From Chrysomallon squamiferum (taxonomy: Eukaryota > Animalia > Mollusca): DNA of 64,000 nt. Both the position numbers and the translations under genes were made by a program. Shown here in pieces: positions 1 to 15,810 of the stretch. Positions within the stretch are counted from its first letter, which is position 1. The number at the start of each line of letters is the position of its first letter. Where the stretch lies: assembly GCA_012295275.1 (NCBI GenBank), contig CM022669.1:18414001-18478000 (forward strand), given 5' to 3'. The notes beneath the pieces are model-generated. The model saw only the letters and a program-made list of their open reading frames with translations, was not told the origin of the DNA and ran no database searches.

Positions 1-534
1 TCACAATTCCTTTTGAGCTGATGCTAAATACCTGTAAATATCTAGTTATAGTATATAATGTTGTAATACAGTTCACCAATAATTCTTTGAAATTTATGAA
101 TGTTTTATATTTATGTATTTATTGATTAAAAGAACGCTATTTTGAAAAATGTAATTTTCTTGTCGTTGGTTACAGCTAGAATTCGGCAAGAGCGGGAAAA
201 CACGATTTATCTTCTTCTGTTGGTGTTGAATTCCTTTAAATATCTTCTTATAGGATCATAATGTTACACTGTCGTTCTTTAAAACTACATTTATTAGAAA
301 AGAAAAAACCCTAACTCCACACTTTTTATAAACCTTAAACATATCAGTAAAGAAGGGTGAGGTGTACAATTGATATTAAACAACAGAAACGTTTGGCATT
401 AAGTCAAAAGTCGTTATACAGAGATCAGCAGATCTTGCCACCTACTGCTCGTTCAGGTTTTTGTTACCTTGAGAAAACATCCGTTATGTAACGGTTCTTT
501 TTTTTTTTTTTTTTTTTTTCTCCAGCTATTACAC

Positions 535-811
535 TTGGTATTAACACACACGTATAATAATTGTAATGGTTTCCTGGTTCTGTGTACACTTATAATTCTA
601 TAATTATAATTATATAAAGATTTATAATCAGGATTAATAATAACTTTGTATCCTGGTTCGTGTACACCAAATATATTTTCAGGTTAATCGACAGAACATG
701 CACCTTACACGCATATAGTTATAACAGTCCCTGGTTGCTCAAAGAATACCATCGAAAATAGTTACAAACTGGTTTGTACACAAGCTTAATTATTACAAGA
801 ATCCTGGTTCC

Positions 812-812
<1 letters not shown>
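535..812. repeat. Highly degenerate minisatellite-like tract (recurring CCTGGTT...TACAC motif)
   Basis: CCTGGTT/CTGGTT recurs at ~573, 652, 730, 769 and 802, often followed by GTACAC; most spacings are ~39 or ~78 bp. Confidence 0.4.
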
Positions 813-860
<48 letters not shown>

Positions 861-2383
861 TGAAACTATATTTTTACAGTATCAATAGCTTTGATTCCGA
901 TACACAATTAATATTTCCTTTGGTGAACTGTCAACAAAATAAACTGTGCTTTTTAAAAAAATAAAATAAAATAATAAATAATTATAACTCCTTAACTCCA
1001 ATACGAAACACGAAACAGTTGCTGAACTGACTTGGTTACTGAAACCGCTCACATCCTGGTTAGCTCAAGATAAGCTAACTCCACAGTCTTGTCAATAATC
1101 CAGTTTCACTAATACACATGTAGAAACTCCGACACAAACACACTCATTGTTTACTTGTGCGAACTGGAATACATACGTAACATATGCGTATATATGTGTG
1201 TGTGTGTGTGTGTATATATATTATGTAAAAAAATCCTTCACCTAAATACAAGAATCTACACCACTACTGAAGAGCGTGACCTGAAATCCAAGGTCAGGCA
1301 GGCAGACAAGGGTGTCTTGCCCCCGTTCATGTAATCTCACACAAGACGCTTTTCTCTCTGTCTCTCTCTCTCAACTTGCTGGATCTTACCTTCTAGTTGC
1401 GCAAGTGTCGAATGAGGTCACCAGGTCTTTGACCCTCTCGGCTCTACAACATTCATATATGTACGGCCACGCATTGGAAAAATTCACAAACAATACTCTC
1501 TTATTGTGTCGTCCTATACACACACACACACACACGTCATTATAATATATAATTATATTACTGGATTTATTGCTATTATTACATACGCTGAGTTATTCAA
1601 TACTACAGATCAGATTTTGACACCGACAAGCGGCCTTACGATAAACATTTACAGCTGTTATTTCGCCGCGATAATCGGAGAAGTTGGCAAAGTTTATTTT
1701 TCACTGGTTTAAGCATGGTTTTCTACACATATTGTTGTTACGAGTTTTCTTTTTCTCGTTTCGTCTTACGCTTTTGGAGGAAAAAAAAAAAAAAAAAAAA
1801 AAAAGAAGAAGAAGAAGAAGAAATTAAAAAAAAAGCACAGTGCCCGAACAAGCCGAGAAATGGGCTTATTCGCTGATAATACCTGACCCGTCTTTTTCCA
1901 TCAAAGGTCGGGGTGATAAAGATATTTGTTTGCTAGTTCTCTGACCCAGATCATACCTCAGTCAAATATCGTCTGCCCTTGTCGCGCGCAATGCATAAAG
2001 CAGACGGTGAAACTATTTAATAAACAGCGAGTCTCTTTTCTCTGGCTTGTTTTTTTTTTTTCTCGTCTGTTTGCGGCAGATAGCTTAAAGGGGCTGATGT
2101 GTAGCGATACACACCTGATGTTTTCTTGATAATGTTGTTTATAAGTTTTCGTCCGTTCGTACAACTGACTGATCGGAAGAAACAAACGCCTGTCCATGCG
2201 GCTGTTATATTTTTATACACAAATGTGTATCAGCTATTCTGCAGTGTTTGTTATTTTTTGTTATATAATAAATAAATAAATAAATAAATAAAGTGACGAT
2301 TTTAATATGTAAATTTTATTATTCAGCATGTACGGTAATTGTCGTTTAGAATAAAATTTACGACAAAACTTTCTGTTTGGGTG

Positions 2384-2540
2384 TATGTATGTATGTTTGT
2401 ATGTACAAGCATGTATGTATGTATGTATGTATGTATGTATGTGTGTGTGTATGTATGTATGTTTGTATGTGTGTATGTATGTATGTATGTCTGTATGTAT
2501 ATACGTAAGCATATATGTATGTGTGTGTATGTGTGTGTGT
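2384..2540. repeat. (TATG)n/(TG)n compound microsatellite
   Basis: Direct reading of GTAT/GTGT runs. Confidence 0.95.
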
Positions 2541-3067
2541 TATATATCTTATTTAATGCCTTCATAACTATCTTCCAACTACCTGCCTTGTCACATTCAG
2601 GATATTCCATCTTCTCTTAACCTCAGAGAAATTCTATGAGCAAACATTGGATTTAGACAACAAATAAACAAACAAATAAGTAAACAAATAAGTAAATGAA
2701 ATGCGAAGTTTTTACAGAGAGAAAAATATTTCTATAACTATTAAAATACTCTGTAACAAATTTTTGTACATTATAATTATTTATTAAAATTCCTCTTAGA
2801 AATGTATGCTACTAAAACAACAGCAGAAAAAAACAACAACAACATATACATGAAGTACAAGAAAAGCATTTTTTCTTGTAAACTGAAAACAAAACAAGTC
2901 TTGTTTCCATGACAAAAGCATTATCGATCTCTGTGCATCTTGACAGTACTTTAATCTGATAATCCTTTTATCATGCATTCATTGTTCCAGTTTGATTTGT
3001 CGACTTAACATCTTTGTCGATTTCTCTGTCACTTGCTCATTGATTCTGCTTCACGTTTGTTTCGTAG

Positions 3068-3455
3068 TTAAATGTAAGATGTTGACACTTTTTAAATGTA
3101 AAATGTTGACATTTTTTTAAAATGTCGACACTTTTTAAATGTAAGATTTATCCACTTAAAACTGATGTTAGTTTCTATGTTTTCATTTTACTTCCTTATA
3201 TACCCATTCTTTATCATACAGGTTAAAAAAACTGAACTCTTTAACTGAATAAATACTTATGTATTTATCATTTGATATTTATGTTGATTTCTATATATAA
3301 CGTTGATGTCGATTTTTATATTTATAATATATGTCGATTTCTCTGTTTATCATATATGTCAGTTTCGCTATTTAACATAAATGCTGATTTCAGTATATGT
3401 CGATTTCTGTTCAAAAGATACAGACGGTTTCTGTATTTAATACAGATGTCAATTG
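3068..3455. repeat. Two short degenerate tandem arrays (~24-25 bp units: AAATGTAA.ATGTTGACACTTTTT, then ATGTCGATTTCT...)
   Basis: About 3 copies of the first unit at 3070-3150; ATGTCGATTT/ATGTTGATTT recurs about every 25 bp at 3280-3450. Confidence 0.6.
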
Positions 3456-3582
3456 CTTTATTTTCCATTATGCGTCTACATACACTCAACCACACATATA
3501 GGCATATATGACTGTCTGTCAGTAGATTTATCTATCTATATACAGTTATATATGTATATGCAAACACATATACACACATACA

Positions 3583-3700
<118 letters not shown>

Positions 3701-4024
3701 CTTTTTTTAAACCATATGTTGATGTCTTTATTTTCTATGCAAGCTTATTATTTTGAATAATACATAAGCATATATATGTATTTATACATTCATACATACA
3801 TAGATACATACATACATACATACATATATATACTTACACACACACACGCCCGCACACACACATAGCACTAGCAGCACGCACACACACATGGTTTATAAAA
3901 AACATCTGCATTAATCTGTACGATCGAATACTCTTGCTCTTTTAATTTCTTCTTTTTCTCCTACTTCAGTGACCCAACTTCAAGATTATCAGCTAAGAAA
4001 AACAAGATTGTTTCTTAAGAACTA

Positions 4025-4066
<42 letters not shown>

Positions 4067-4753
4067 ATCTTAAATCGTTTCACCTGCATTATTCCTCTGG
4101 AAACCTGTAACAGTCTGAAAACGGCAGATAAACAAACATGTAAATGGATAGTGCGTGCTTCATTGTGATTCTGCGGCAGTGAACAGAGACGATGCAGAGA
4201 CCCGAAGTGGCATGAATGCTTCTCTCTGGAACACTTTGGCCTTTTGCTTGCCTAACAGTTCACTTGTACAGGGGAAAGAAGCAGCACAAAAATAAACACA
4301 AGAAGAAAATAAATAATTCAGTGAATAAGATGTATCTATGTAAACAAAGGTATCGGATTTTTTTTTTTTTTTTTTTTTCGTTTTGTTTTATTTCGAGTTT
4401 CTCTGCGTCTCGTTCTGTTCTGTTTTGTTTTGTTTCTCTTTCTTGTTTTTTTTTTTCTTTTTTGTTTGTTGTTATTATATTTTTTTTTTTTTTTTTTTTT
4501 CCTAAGTAATTATGATCTGATGTGTTAGAGATAAGTAGAAAAGATCGAGAACTTTGATCATAACGTGATAAAAATGTAACAGAAATTATTTGTTTTGTGT
4601 CTTGGGTATTAAGTGCTGTATTGAATTCCTCTAATGTAAGAGAGAGAGAGAAAAAAAAAAAAAAAAAAAAAAAAATGAATTTAGCTGTTGTGTTTAATTT
4701 GTGGATTCCAAACACACTGACAAATAGATTAATATGTCACATTATCACGTGTA

Positions 4754-4787
<34 letters not shown>

Positions 4788-5030
4788 CATCTACTGGCCA
4801 TTTGAAAAGAATACATAAAGTCTTACAGTACTTTTGATGGTGGGAATATTTAGAGGTGAATATGGATGTGGTGTATAAATGTATTCATGTTTAATCTGTT
4901 TATGTATATATGTACATGCATGAGTGTATATACATATATACATATACATATAATCAGAGAAATATATTACGTAGGAAGATGGATAGATATTAGATTTACA
5001 TCTATAGATAGAGAAAGAGAGAGCCACATG

Positions 5031-5233
<203 letters not shown>

Positions 5234-5868
5234 AAACAATTACGCAGACTACTTAAACACCTATATCAAGTTTTCAATGAAGCCGCTGTGTCTATTTTTG
5301 TCACGTAATTATTTCCTCAAAGCGGAATTGCCTCTCTGTCAATCTATAAACATACAAGACTCGTGACCGTCATGCCTCGGGCTTTTTTTCGATTAACACA
5401 TCATACACAGCACGTGACCTTGATGAGCGAGTTGCATCAGTTACCCGAGGTAACGAAAAAAAAAAAAAATTAAATTAAAAAAAAAAAATTAAAAATAATA
5501 AATTAAATAACAATGATTAAGTAATGAAAGTGAAAAAAAATAAGGATGAAAAATGGGAAAAGTAAAAAAAAAAAAAATGATGATAGACAGTTAAAATATA
5601 ATAATATTGCTGCTGCTACTATTACTATTATAATACTGCTACTACGGCGACTGCTACTAATACTGCTTCCTCTACCATTACTAGTACTACTACTACCAAT
5701 AAAAATAAAAATAACAATAACAACAAAAGCAATAAATGAATGAATAAATAAATAATAGAAAGGTAATAATTATGTTACTATTTCTGGGTTTTGGGGGTTT
5801 TTTTTGGTTTTTTTGTAGTTACTCAACTGCTCATTTATTTCAGATTGTGAAGATAAATACCCTCGTAA

Positions 5869-5911
<43 letters not shown>

Positions 5912-6041
5912 GTAGTAGTAATAACAACAACAACAGCCACAATAACAACAACAACAACAATAATAATAATAAAATTAATAATAATAATAACAGAAATAAT
6001 AATGATAATAATGATACTAGTACTCCTAATACTAGTACCAA

Positions 6042-6072
<31 letters not shown>

Positions 6073-7935
6073 AGCAATATAAAGTAATGTATTTATAAAT
6101 AAATAAATAAATAAAATTTAAATGAAACAAAATAAATCTCTAACGACACATATCGTATTTTCAATATAAAATATTTCCAGACGCTTGCAAAACTAAATAT
6201 TCAGAAACAAGATGCGTCAGTTGTTAAATATAAAATAAATTTTAAATTAGAAAAAGCAAATTGAAACATTTGAAATGTTCACATGCATGAGAAGAAGCCC
6301 TTTAATGATTTGAAAATGTCGGTTTATATTAAATACAACAAACAGAGATTTATTCTGTGTTTCACAAAACCCATCTATTTTATATTTAATAAAATGAAAA
6401 TTTGGTGTTCGTATTATTTTATAGAATGTAACACTAAAATTTATGTTTCATATGACATTCAAATTAATATGTATTTTACGTGATCTTTATGAAATAAAGT
6501 CTTAAAAAATACATAACTGTATAAAATTTACATATGAATATTCAATGTGAAACTAAATATATTTTTTTATATTAAAAAATGTCTGTTTAGTATTATTCTT
6601 AAAAAAACACTATAGCTGTGAAATATATTTTTCAAATTCTGTTGTGGGTATGACAAAGTTATATTCTGAATAAGTGAACACGTGCGTGCCTATGTGTGTG
6701 TGGGCATACTAGACTATGTACATTTTCGAATTTTAGTCATAAAATACCAATCTTAGTCAACACAATTAAATTTTCTGTCTTTAAATATATATACATATAT
6801 ATTGTGTTTATGTAGTTTCGTTTATCTTTTCATAAATTAACAGAAAATATTGCATTTAACATCAAATTTAAAAACAAGAAAATATTCATTTAATGTCAAT
6901 ATTTAAAAACAAGATAAATAAATAAATAAACAAATAAATAAATAAATATATACATTTTTATTTTATTTAATATCGATACTACATATTTTAATATATATTC
7001 AAAAAAAAAATCATTTAATTCCTACATTTTAAAAAAAATAAAAATATAAAAAATACTACACTCGATAATTTTTTATTTTTTTATTTTCAGTTTTCATCTT
7101 ATTTACCAGGCTACAGAGTCATTCTGAGAGGCAGCGACTTGGAAAAATCGCCATCAGCAAAATGATACGGGATTGGAGAGAGAAAAAACAATGAATAGAA
7201 AGGACAAGTATTTTGTGTCATAGAGACGCTAAAAAGACAAACGCTAAGCAAATTGACTTCCTCTCTACTTGAATTATAAGAAAGAAACAAAAAAATAGAT
7301 TGCTTTTGTGCATCATTATTTCAAAGTCGGGGCAAAAAGGATAAGACATTATTTTTCCTCCAAGCAGAAAGGGTAAACGAGAAAGTCATTTAGACAACAG
7401 CAAAACGTTTTTTCATAAAAATATTGCAAAACACGGAGAGCAATTTCGAGCATAGCCTTGGGGTGAAAGGGCAACTTTTTTCCGAAACCACAATTTTTAT
7501 GCGGGAATTGGTTTTGGCAGGCGTGTCCTCTTGCTCGGTAGCGCGCGCACAGCACGTGACATCTCCCGGATTAAACGAAAAAAAAAAAAAAAAAAAAAAA
7601 CAAAAAAAATAGTAGAAGAAAGAAACAATAGGATTGTTTCGTTTCGAGCAATTAAGTTAATAATGAAAAAAAAAGTAAAAATGAAATTAAAAAATATAAA
7701 TATAAATTTTATTTTATTTTGATCATTTAGTCGTTTTCTTTTTTGTTTTCATTTTTTTTTTCTCGATCTTTCTGTCTGAAAATCTCTAACTTTGATTATT
7801 AATTTCCATCTTGCAAAAAAATATCTCTTTGTCTATCTCTCTCTCTGTGTCAGTACGAACAAGAACTTAGAATACAATAAGGAAATATGGATATTCTAAC
7901 ATACATGTATTTAGGGGGTTTTTTTATATATATAT

Positions 7936-7977
<42 letters not shown>

Positions 7978-8603
7978 TATGGTGTTTCTAAATGTTCCAT
8001 GCTGAAAAATTATTCAAAAACAAATAGAAATAAATCTACTCACACAACAATATTATTGTTCCAAAAGATGGTTTAATAACATTTCTACATAAGCTTATTT
8101 CAATATTCCACCGAACCGTATATTTGAGAGCATTTCTAAAGAAGAGCCACCATTATACTTTCGACAACTGACGTTTTGTGTCTGTCAGTAACTACCCAGC
8201 TTCCTGTCTACAGTGTCTCTGAAATAACACCTGATCACCCCCCCCCTCCCTCCATCACCTTCTTGACGTGCGTACGTTCTACATAACTGTTAATGCGTTC
8301 AGAAAAATTATACCATTTCTTGAAATCTAATTACGTCTACAAACAATATAATTTTACTATCAACACAGTCGACTAATCCAAAAAAAAAAAAAAATTTCAT
8401 TTCATCTTCAGCAGTTTCGAAATTAAAATATCTCGGACTGTTCTCTCTCTCTCTCTCTCTCTCTCTCGCTTGAGAACACGTGGAATGAGGGTCTATTAAC
8501 GTAGAGAAATAATCAGTCCATTTTCTACTTAACAAGTTGTTTAAGCCTTTTTTTTAACGCTTTGGTTAATTCCCAACATTCTCTCGCGCCGCACTCACAG
8601 CCC

Positions 8604-8662
<59 letters not shown>

Positions 8663-9084
8663 GTACAACAATCGACAACGCGAGGAGCTCTAGCTGTTTT
8701 AACTGCGTTTTATCTTCGGTTCGTGTTCACGGGAGCCAAAGAAGTTAATCTAGGGACTTACATCAGCGACCCCGAGGTCAACACCACGACGAAGGCGACG
8801 TGGACAATGAAAAGTGCTCGAGCGGTCAGTTCTGTTGATGGTCACTTTTTTTTTTTTTTGAATGTTTTTCAGAAGGAAGAGCGACAAGGATTCATTCAGC
8901 CTTTACAAAGTTGTTTTGGTTTCTGAATGTCTTTTGTTGTGGGTCTTGTACTGATGTTATGAAGGAATTTCTTTTTTTTTCCAGTGTTTTGATTTCGTGG
9001 AATGGGCTTTTCTTGTTCAGTGATACCTGATATTTAGACCGTAACAAATAATAGAACTCCTTGTTAAATGTCTTTTGATGTTAA

Positions 9085-9106
9085 TTGTTATTATTATTAT
9101 TATTAT

Positions 9107-9138
<32 letters not shown>

Positions 9139-9151
9139 ATAGCAATAGTAA

Positions 9152-9189
<38 letters not shown>

Positions 9190-9281
9190 ATAGCAATAGT
9201 AATAGTAGTAGTAGGAGTATAAGAAGAAGAAGTAGTAGAAGTAGTAGCAGTAGAAGTAGTAGTGATAATATTAATATTAGT

Positions 9282-9317
<36 letters not shown>

Positions 9318-9320
9318 TGT
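9085..9320. repeat. (TAT)n-(TAG)n-(TTTA)n compound microsatellite
   Basis: Direct reading; explains the poly-Ser ORF at 9075-9338. Confidence 0.95.
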
Positions 9321-9797
9321 GCTCGTTGTTTGTTTTAGCAAAGTATAATTACATGGACTGTCTTCCATTTTATAAGATACTAATGTTACATGCATCTACG
9401 TATGAGCAGAAACATTTAAATTAAATCAGTAAATAGAGTAAATCATAAATTAATATTTGCTGCATTATCACCTTCACCACCACCACTACAACACCGCCAC
9501 CACCACCACCACCACCAACGACAACAACAACAAAATACAACAACTAATAATAATAACAGACATATTATTTTAAGGTTACGATAATTATTATTCAATCTTT
9601 TTTTATTTTATTTTACTTAAAATAATTTTTGTAGGCTGTTTATTTATTTATTTTATTACTATTATTTTGTAATTTTGCATTGGTTATTTTTAAATATTAA
9701 AAATTATTTTAAAAATACTCCTAGTATAATGAAATTTTTCATGAATATTTCAAAAACTAAAAATTCAGGATTTTCATTCTGTAAGGAAGGACGTATT

Positions 9798-9848
<51 letters not shown>

Positions 9849-10029
9849 ATCTATCTATCTATCTATCTATATATCCATCTATCTATCTATCTCCCCCTTC
9901 TGAACGTTATAGTAATCTGCGTTTCGATTATTTAGATTTAAAAGTATACATTTTCTTAAAATAAATAAATAAAAAAATAATATTTTCATTTCCATTTTTT
10001 TTTTTTTTTTTACATTAAAAAAACTGACA

Positions 10030-10230
10030 TTTTATTCCCGGACAAAACCGGCGCCCACGGGAATAAAACCGGATGCGTTTTTAACTTGGGATGGCTTTAA
10101 CTGTCAAATGAAACCGGAAGTTCCGACACTCAGAATAATTGCGTGAAGCTGAATGATTCGATGAGTCAGTTGCTTCCTGTGTCGGGTGAGCCGCGGGGAA
10201 AGGGTGGGTGGGGGTGGATCAGGTGGTGGA
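10030..10230. promoter_or_regulatory. Candidate enhancer island: ETS + AP-1 + G4 motif + 11-bp inverted repeat
   Basis: CCGGAAGT 10114-10121, TGAGTCA 10162-10168, CTTCCTG ~10173, G-runs 10195-10214, inverted repeat 10030-10068. Confidence 0.4.
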
Positions 10231-10374
10231 GTGGATCTTTTCATTTTTTTTTTTTTTCTTTGTTTTCATAATATTATTATTATTGTTATTAATATTATTG
10301 AAGATGATCTTGCTGTTGATGTCGTTTGTATTGGTATTGTTGCTGTTTTGTTATTATTGTGGTTGTTGTTGTTG

Positions 10375-10430
<56 letters not shown>

Positions 10431-10616
10431 ATTGATAGAAATAACAGTCTTGTTATTATTTTTTCACGTTGCTGTTGTTTTTGTTGTTACTGTGGTTGTC
10501 GTCGTCGTTTCAGTGAAATCATATTTTATTTTATTTATTAAGAATTTTATTAAAATATTTGAACAGACATTTTAAAATTATTATGGATACTAAATTATAT
10601 TTTTGTTCTCGTTTGC

Positions 10617-10690
<74 letters not shown>

Positions 10691-11569
10691 GAGAATCTCA
10701 TCAGTTTGATATATTGCTATAACTGTTGCTAATGGAGGCAAGTTCACTCTCTATCACAACATTGATTATTTTTCATCGCTCATTGTTTAAAACAGCAGCG
10801 ACTTTTGGCACTTTCCAACCACTAATTAGTATCCACGGTAACAAAACAGCCATTAATTATCTTCGTTTGCTCATCTTTGCATTACAATATTTCTTCTACA
10901 TTTACATCAATTCCCCATTTCCAAACTTATCGGCTGGTCTCACCTTACGTCTGTGCAACGACCTTTTCCCGAACAGGAAGTCTTGATAAATATATTCTGA
11001 ACGATCCTTTTTTTGCTTAGAACGAACGCGTCTTGTTTGAAGGTCTACAAAATCGAGGCTATTAATGGAATAAATTAGGAAAATCTCTTATGCCAATCTT
11101 TCCGATCGTAAAGCGCAATTTCGCCTAACAAATGGACCCGGGTCAGGACTGTGGAGATGAATTTTTGACAAGTTACAGCGCCTAGTTAGACTTACGATGC
11201 GAAGTAACGTCGTGCGGTTTGACACCGGGGCTTGGAGGGCTTCGAGATTGGACGCATGTTTCTTCCGGAACCACGTTTCCAGGCGGAACCTCGGCATCTG
11301 GCAACACAAACGCGTCTAATCACGTTTATTACTTTGATCCAAAGGTTCAAACTTTTTACTTTGTGATTAATAGAAATGAAATATTTGACAAGAATGCTGA
11401 TCGACTGCAATTTCATTTATCTTGCGGTTTTTTGTTGTTTTTTTGGTGCGTCATTTTTTAAATTATTGTTCTACATTTTTTTTTTTTTTTTTTGATAATT
11501 TCTTTTATTTGTGGTTTTGTAGCTAATTTCTATCTCTTGTAACGTCTTTTATTTGGATAGTATGTGTGA

Positions 11570-11615
<46 letters not shown>

Positions 11616-12999
11616 GTAGCAGCAGCAGCAGCAACATTGTCATCAACATCGCCACAATGGTGAAATAATAACCAAAACCCTCCAAAACCAAACAGAAGAA
11701 ATGAAACAAACGCAACACCGAAAACAAATAAACAAAAATGCAATGAGACTTAATTTCAAAATATATTTGATAAAAAAATATTATTAATAGAATTTCAAAA
11801 AACCTAAAAAGTTAAGTCCATTTAAATACAAAATAAACTAGGAAAAAATTAATGCAAAAATCTCCAGAAACAACAACAAAACCTTTTATTAGTTCCAGAA
11901 TGAAATGTTAAGAATCCTTAAAATTAGTTATGGTAATTACAAGTATATGTGCTTTATATCATGATTTAGAAAAAAAAAAAAAAAAACCAAAACAAACCCC
12001 CCAAAAACAACGTTATCTAGGAAGGTCTGTAATACCACTATTCCTAATTTCTTTCTGAAATTCTTCAAGAACGTTACATAGATTTCTAATAGCAGAGCAT
12101 GATACACAAACTAATAATAAAATGATTTCATAATGGCATAAAGTTCTTAAAATTTTAAATATCTTTTAATATGCAGAAGGTTGATAAAAGAAAATTTAAC
12201 TTCGCTGTTTTTCCACGTATGTCGTAATTATTAAGAATTATTAAGACTTTTAAAATACAAATACGTACTTCGCTATTTTTCACCGAGTCATATTAATCAC
12301 GCAAGCTTATGTTCAAAAAATTAATCTAGTGCGTGTTATTTTTGTATTTTCATAATAAAAAAAAAAAAAGTCAATGGATGACAAGACTGTCCTTCGCCAA
12401 AGAACTATTTTTCCAGATCTAATCAACAAAGCCATGATGAAGAGAAATGACCCAAAAGATGGGTGAAAATTTCATTACAGTCTGCGGACAACCTCTTTTT
12501 TCCGTAAATCAATTTCATTTCATTCTAGCGTGAACTCTGCCCTCAGCAAATAACCTAGCGTCTTTCCTGTCTTTTCTTTTTTTCTCTCTCTCTCTCTTCC
12601 CCTCCTTTCTTTAAACAAAAAACAAAAAACAAAAAAAAACCAAGAACCGCGCTTTCCTTCCTTCCCTCCCTCCCTCCCTCACTCCTTCAGCCTCGTTTTC
12701 AACGAGCAACCAAACGACACGAAAATAAATAAAAAAAAAAAAAAAAAAAAAACAACAACGCGCGCGCGCCTCCTCCCTCGTCTTTTTCAGCGCGTGCCCA
12801 TTCCATTGGACGATGCTTCTGATTAGTTGGTTGTGTTTTTAAGACGTTGATTTCGTGCTAACGCATGAAATATGCGTCAAAAGTCATTTGCGGTTTCCGA
12901 GTTGTGTTTCCTACCATGAGATCTCATCTTGAGGACGGCTAACAAGCTAGAGAGTAGCTCGCCCGGATTCATGGCTTCGATAATAAAAAAGAAAAAAGG

Positions 13000-13037
<38 letters not shown>

Positions 13038-13309
13038 CGATAACCGCAAAAACCATAATGGAACCGCGGGTCCTTCGGTCTGCGGGCTAAGAAAGCAAAA
13101 ATGCTTTGTTTTTCATTTGATTACGACTCTTAACGTCCCCAGTACAATAGGTTTAAGAGAATGGTGTAATTAATCATCTCGCCATTTCGTCATTATTTTC
13201 ATGGTTTGATTTGATTTTGTCTTCGAAATTTTACGTCCAGTAATTTTTTTTTTTTTTTTTTTAATTATTATTATTAATATTGTTTTGGGGGTTTTTGGGG
13301 GGATTGTTA

Positions 13310-13362
<53 letters not shown>

Positions 13363-14113
13363 GTCATGGATTTTTTTCTTCTTAATGAATGGTGATAATT
13401 TAGTCGTCGAATAATTTTGCATACAGAATTTTTATTTTTTAAATAGAATTATCACAAATCATATTTATAAGAATCTTGCAGAATTACGTTTTTAAAATCA
13501 GATATTATTATCAATTTTTATCTTTGCATTTAAAAAAAAAAAAAGGAAAATTTCTGAAGTCTGAGATGTCATTGCCCCGTTCAGACAGTCGATACTTGTA
13601 CATTAGTTTGATAAAAGCGACGTCTTCTTCGGAAGTTTAAAACCAAATTTGCGGTTTCCACTCAAACTTCCTGTCTAGGAAATTAAATATTCCAAACGAA
13701 AGTCCACAATGACGTCAAATCGTTTTCGCGTGAACGTAATTGCCGCACAAAAGCGCCACGTCTGGACGATAATCCAACAATGAAAGTCCGTTTAACAAAT
13801 CTAAACTTTAATGAGAAAGATGTTAGTTTAATTCTCCCAACCACTGTCGCCATTCACGCGCAAGCACGCGCTATTCACGCGCAGCGGCGCGGAAAAAAAT
13901 GTCTCGTCCTTCTGCCCGGCATTAATCAAAGCTCCACATTAAGTGATGACACGGAAATGGTCAAGCAAAAATGACCGATACCGGACAGTGGTCACTAACT
14001 GATCACTGGACATTGGTTGAAGTATTTGGTGGTAAATTGGTCATGCATTCTCGGGACATTTTCGGACATCAGAACGGAGAGTTATTTTTCATTTTTTTTT
14101 CTCTCTCTCTCTG

Positions 14114-14177
<64 letters not shown>

Positions 14178-15748
14178 CCTATCTATCTATACCTATGTAT
14201 CTATCTATATACCTGCCTACCTACCTACTTACCAACTTACTTATCTTTCTATGCATATATAAACTCAAGTGAACACGCACACACAAACACACGTACACAC
14301 ACATTCAAACACACACATACATATACTACCAGCTTTTTCTTTGACCATATATATATCTATCTGTCAGTCTCTCTCTCTCTCTCTCTCTCGCTTCGTCTTA
14401 TTCTTCCACCAGCCCCCCCATACACACCCTAGCTACTCCCCCCCGTCTCTCTGGCGTCGGTTCCACTTTCCCATAGCGCACGAAGAGAAGAGGCGGGTGA
14501 ACAGAGGGTAGCACGGGAGGGGGTGTGATTGAACCCGGGAATGCAAACACTGGTGTCAAGAGATAACGGCTCTCGTTTCACAATGGGGAGAAGAAGCACA
14601 ACAAGAAATAGCGACACATAATAACGACAACAGCGACGCCACCGAAACAAATTTAGTGGTTTCAACTGCCAACACATTTAATGTCAAAATAAAGCGGAAA
14701 TAAACCCCAGATGTCGCTTTTGCACGAATGAATGAATGAATGAATGAATGAATGAATGAATGAGGGAATAAATGAAAGAGAGAGTTAGTTAGTGAGAGAT
14801 TTTACTGATGGAACAAATTTGTGGATCTTTGGGATAATTTTATTTATTTATTTATTTAATAATAAAATGATTTTGATGATGATGATGATAATAATAATAA
14901 TAATAATTATTATTATTATAATTATTATTATTATCGTTACTATTATTTCATTTCATATTAAAATTTAAAATTTTTTTATCGTCTTTCGTTATATTTATTT
15001 ATTTATTTATTTAGTTAGTTAGTTAGTTAGTTATTATCATGTGAATTTACACATATATTTTTCAGTATAAGTTCATTCATCAGTAATGTATGTGTGTAAC
15101 ACACGCACACACACACAGACACACACTCTATATGTAATACTTAATAAAAACTGATATATATAAATATTTTTTTTTCAACTGATTCCATACTCACTTCTGT
15201 ATTTCCTAATTTTTGTTTTATCCTTTAACTGAATTATATTACTTATTTAATGTTTAAAAATTATTTTTATTAGTTTTTAAAAATTCATTATAAAAATTAA
15301 ATACATACAATTTATCTGTCTACTCAGTTAAATAATTTGAAGAAAAAAATAATCAGTTTATTTTGTTTTTATTTTATAAAACTGATTTATTTCCCACATG
15401 AGATAGATTTAGTTTTTATTTTGTTAAATAAAATTATTTTGTTGTTTATTTAAAGTAAAATGAACTTTGCCAAATATTACAACCACCGACAGAAAATTAA
15501 ATTTAGATTTTATAAATCTGCTTTCTGCATAAAAAAAAAATTATTGTTCATTATAAATAAATAAAAAAGTATCACATTTTGAGAATAGAAATTAATTTTT
15601 ATATCATAAATCTCTTTTAAGTTTAAGATAAAATTAATTTTTATGTAAATGGCAAAAATTTATTTTTATTTTAGAATTTATAATTTTGGACAATAATTGT
15701 TTTAATAATCTCAGTTTGGAACTGCAATATAAACAAAAAATAATAAAA

Positions 15749-15810
<62 letters not shown>

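Noticed and set aside
483-492. PAR-bZIP D-box GTTATGTAAC and other TTATGTAA sites
   Set aside because: AT-rich 8-mer expected many times by chance at this base composition
7091-7166. Strong-looking acceptor(s) followed by GYRVILRGSDLEKSPSAK*
   Set aside because: Poly-T plus CAG pseudo-acceptors are very common in this DNA; no upstream partner exon or homology
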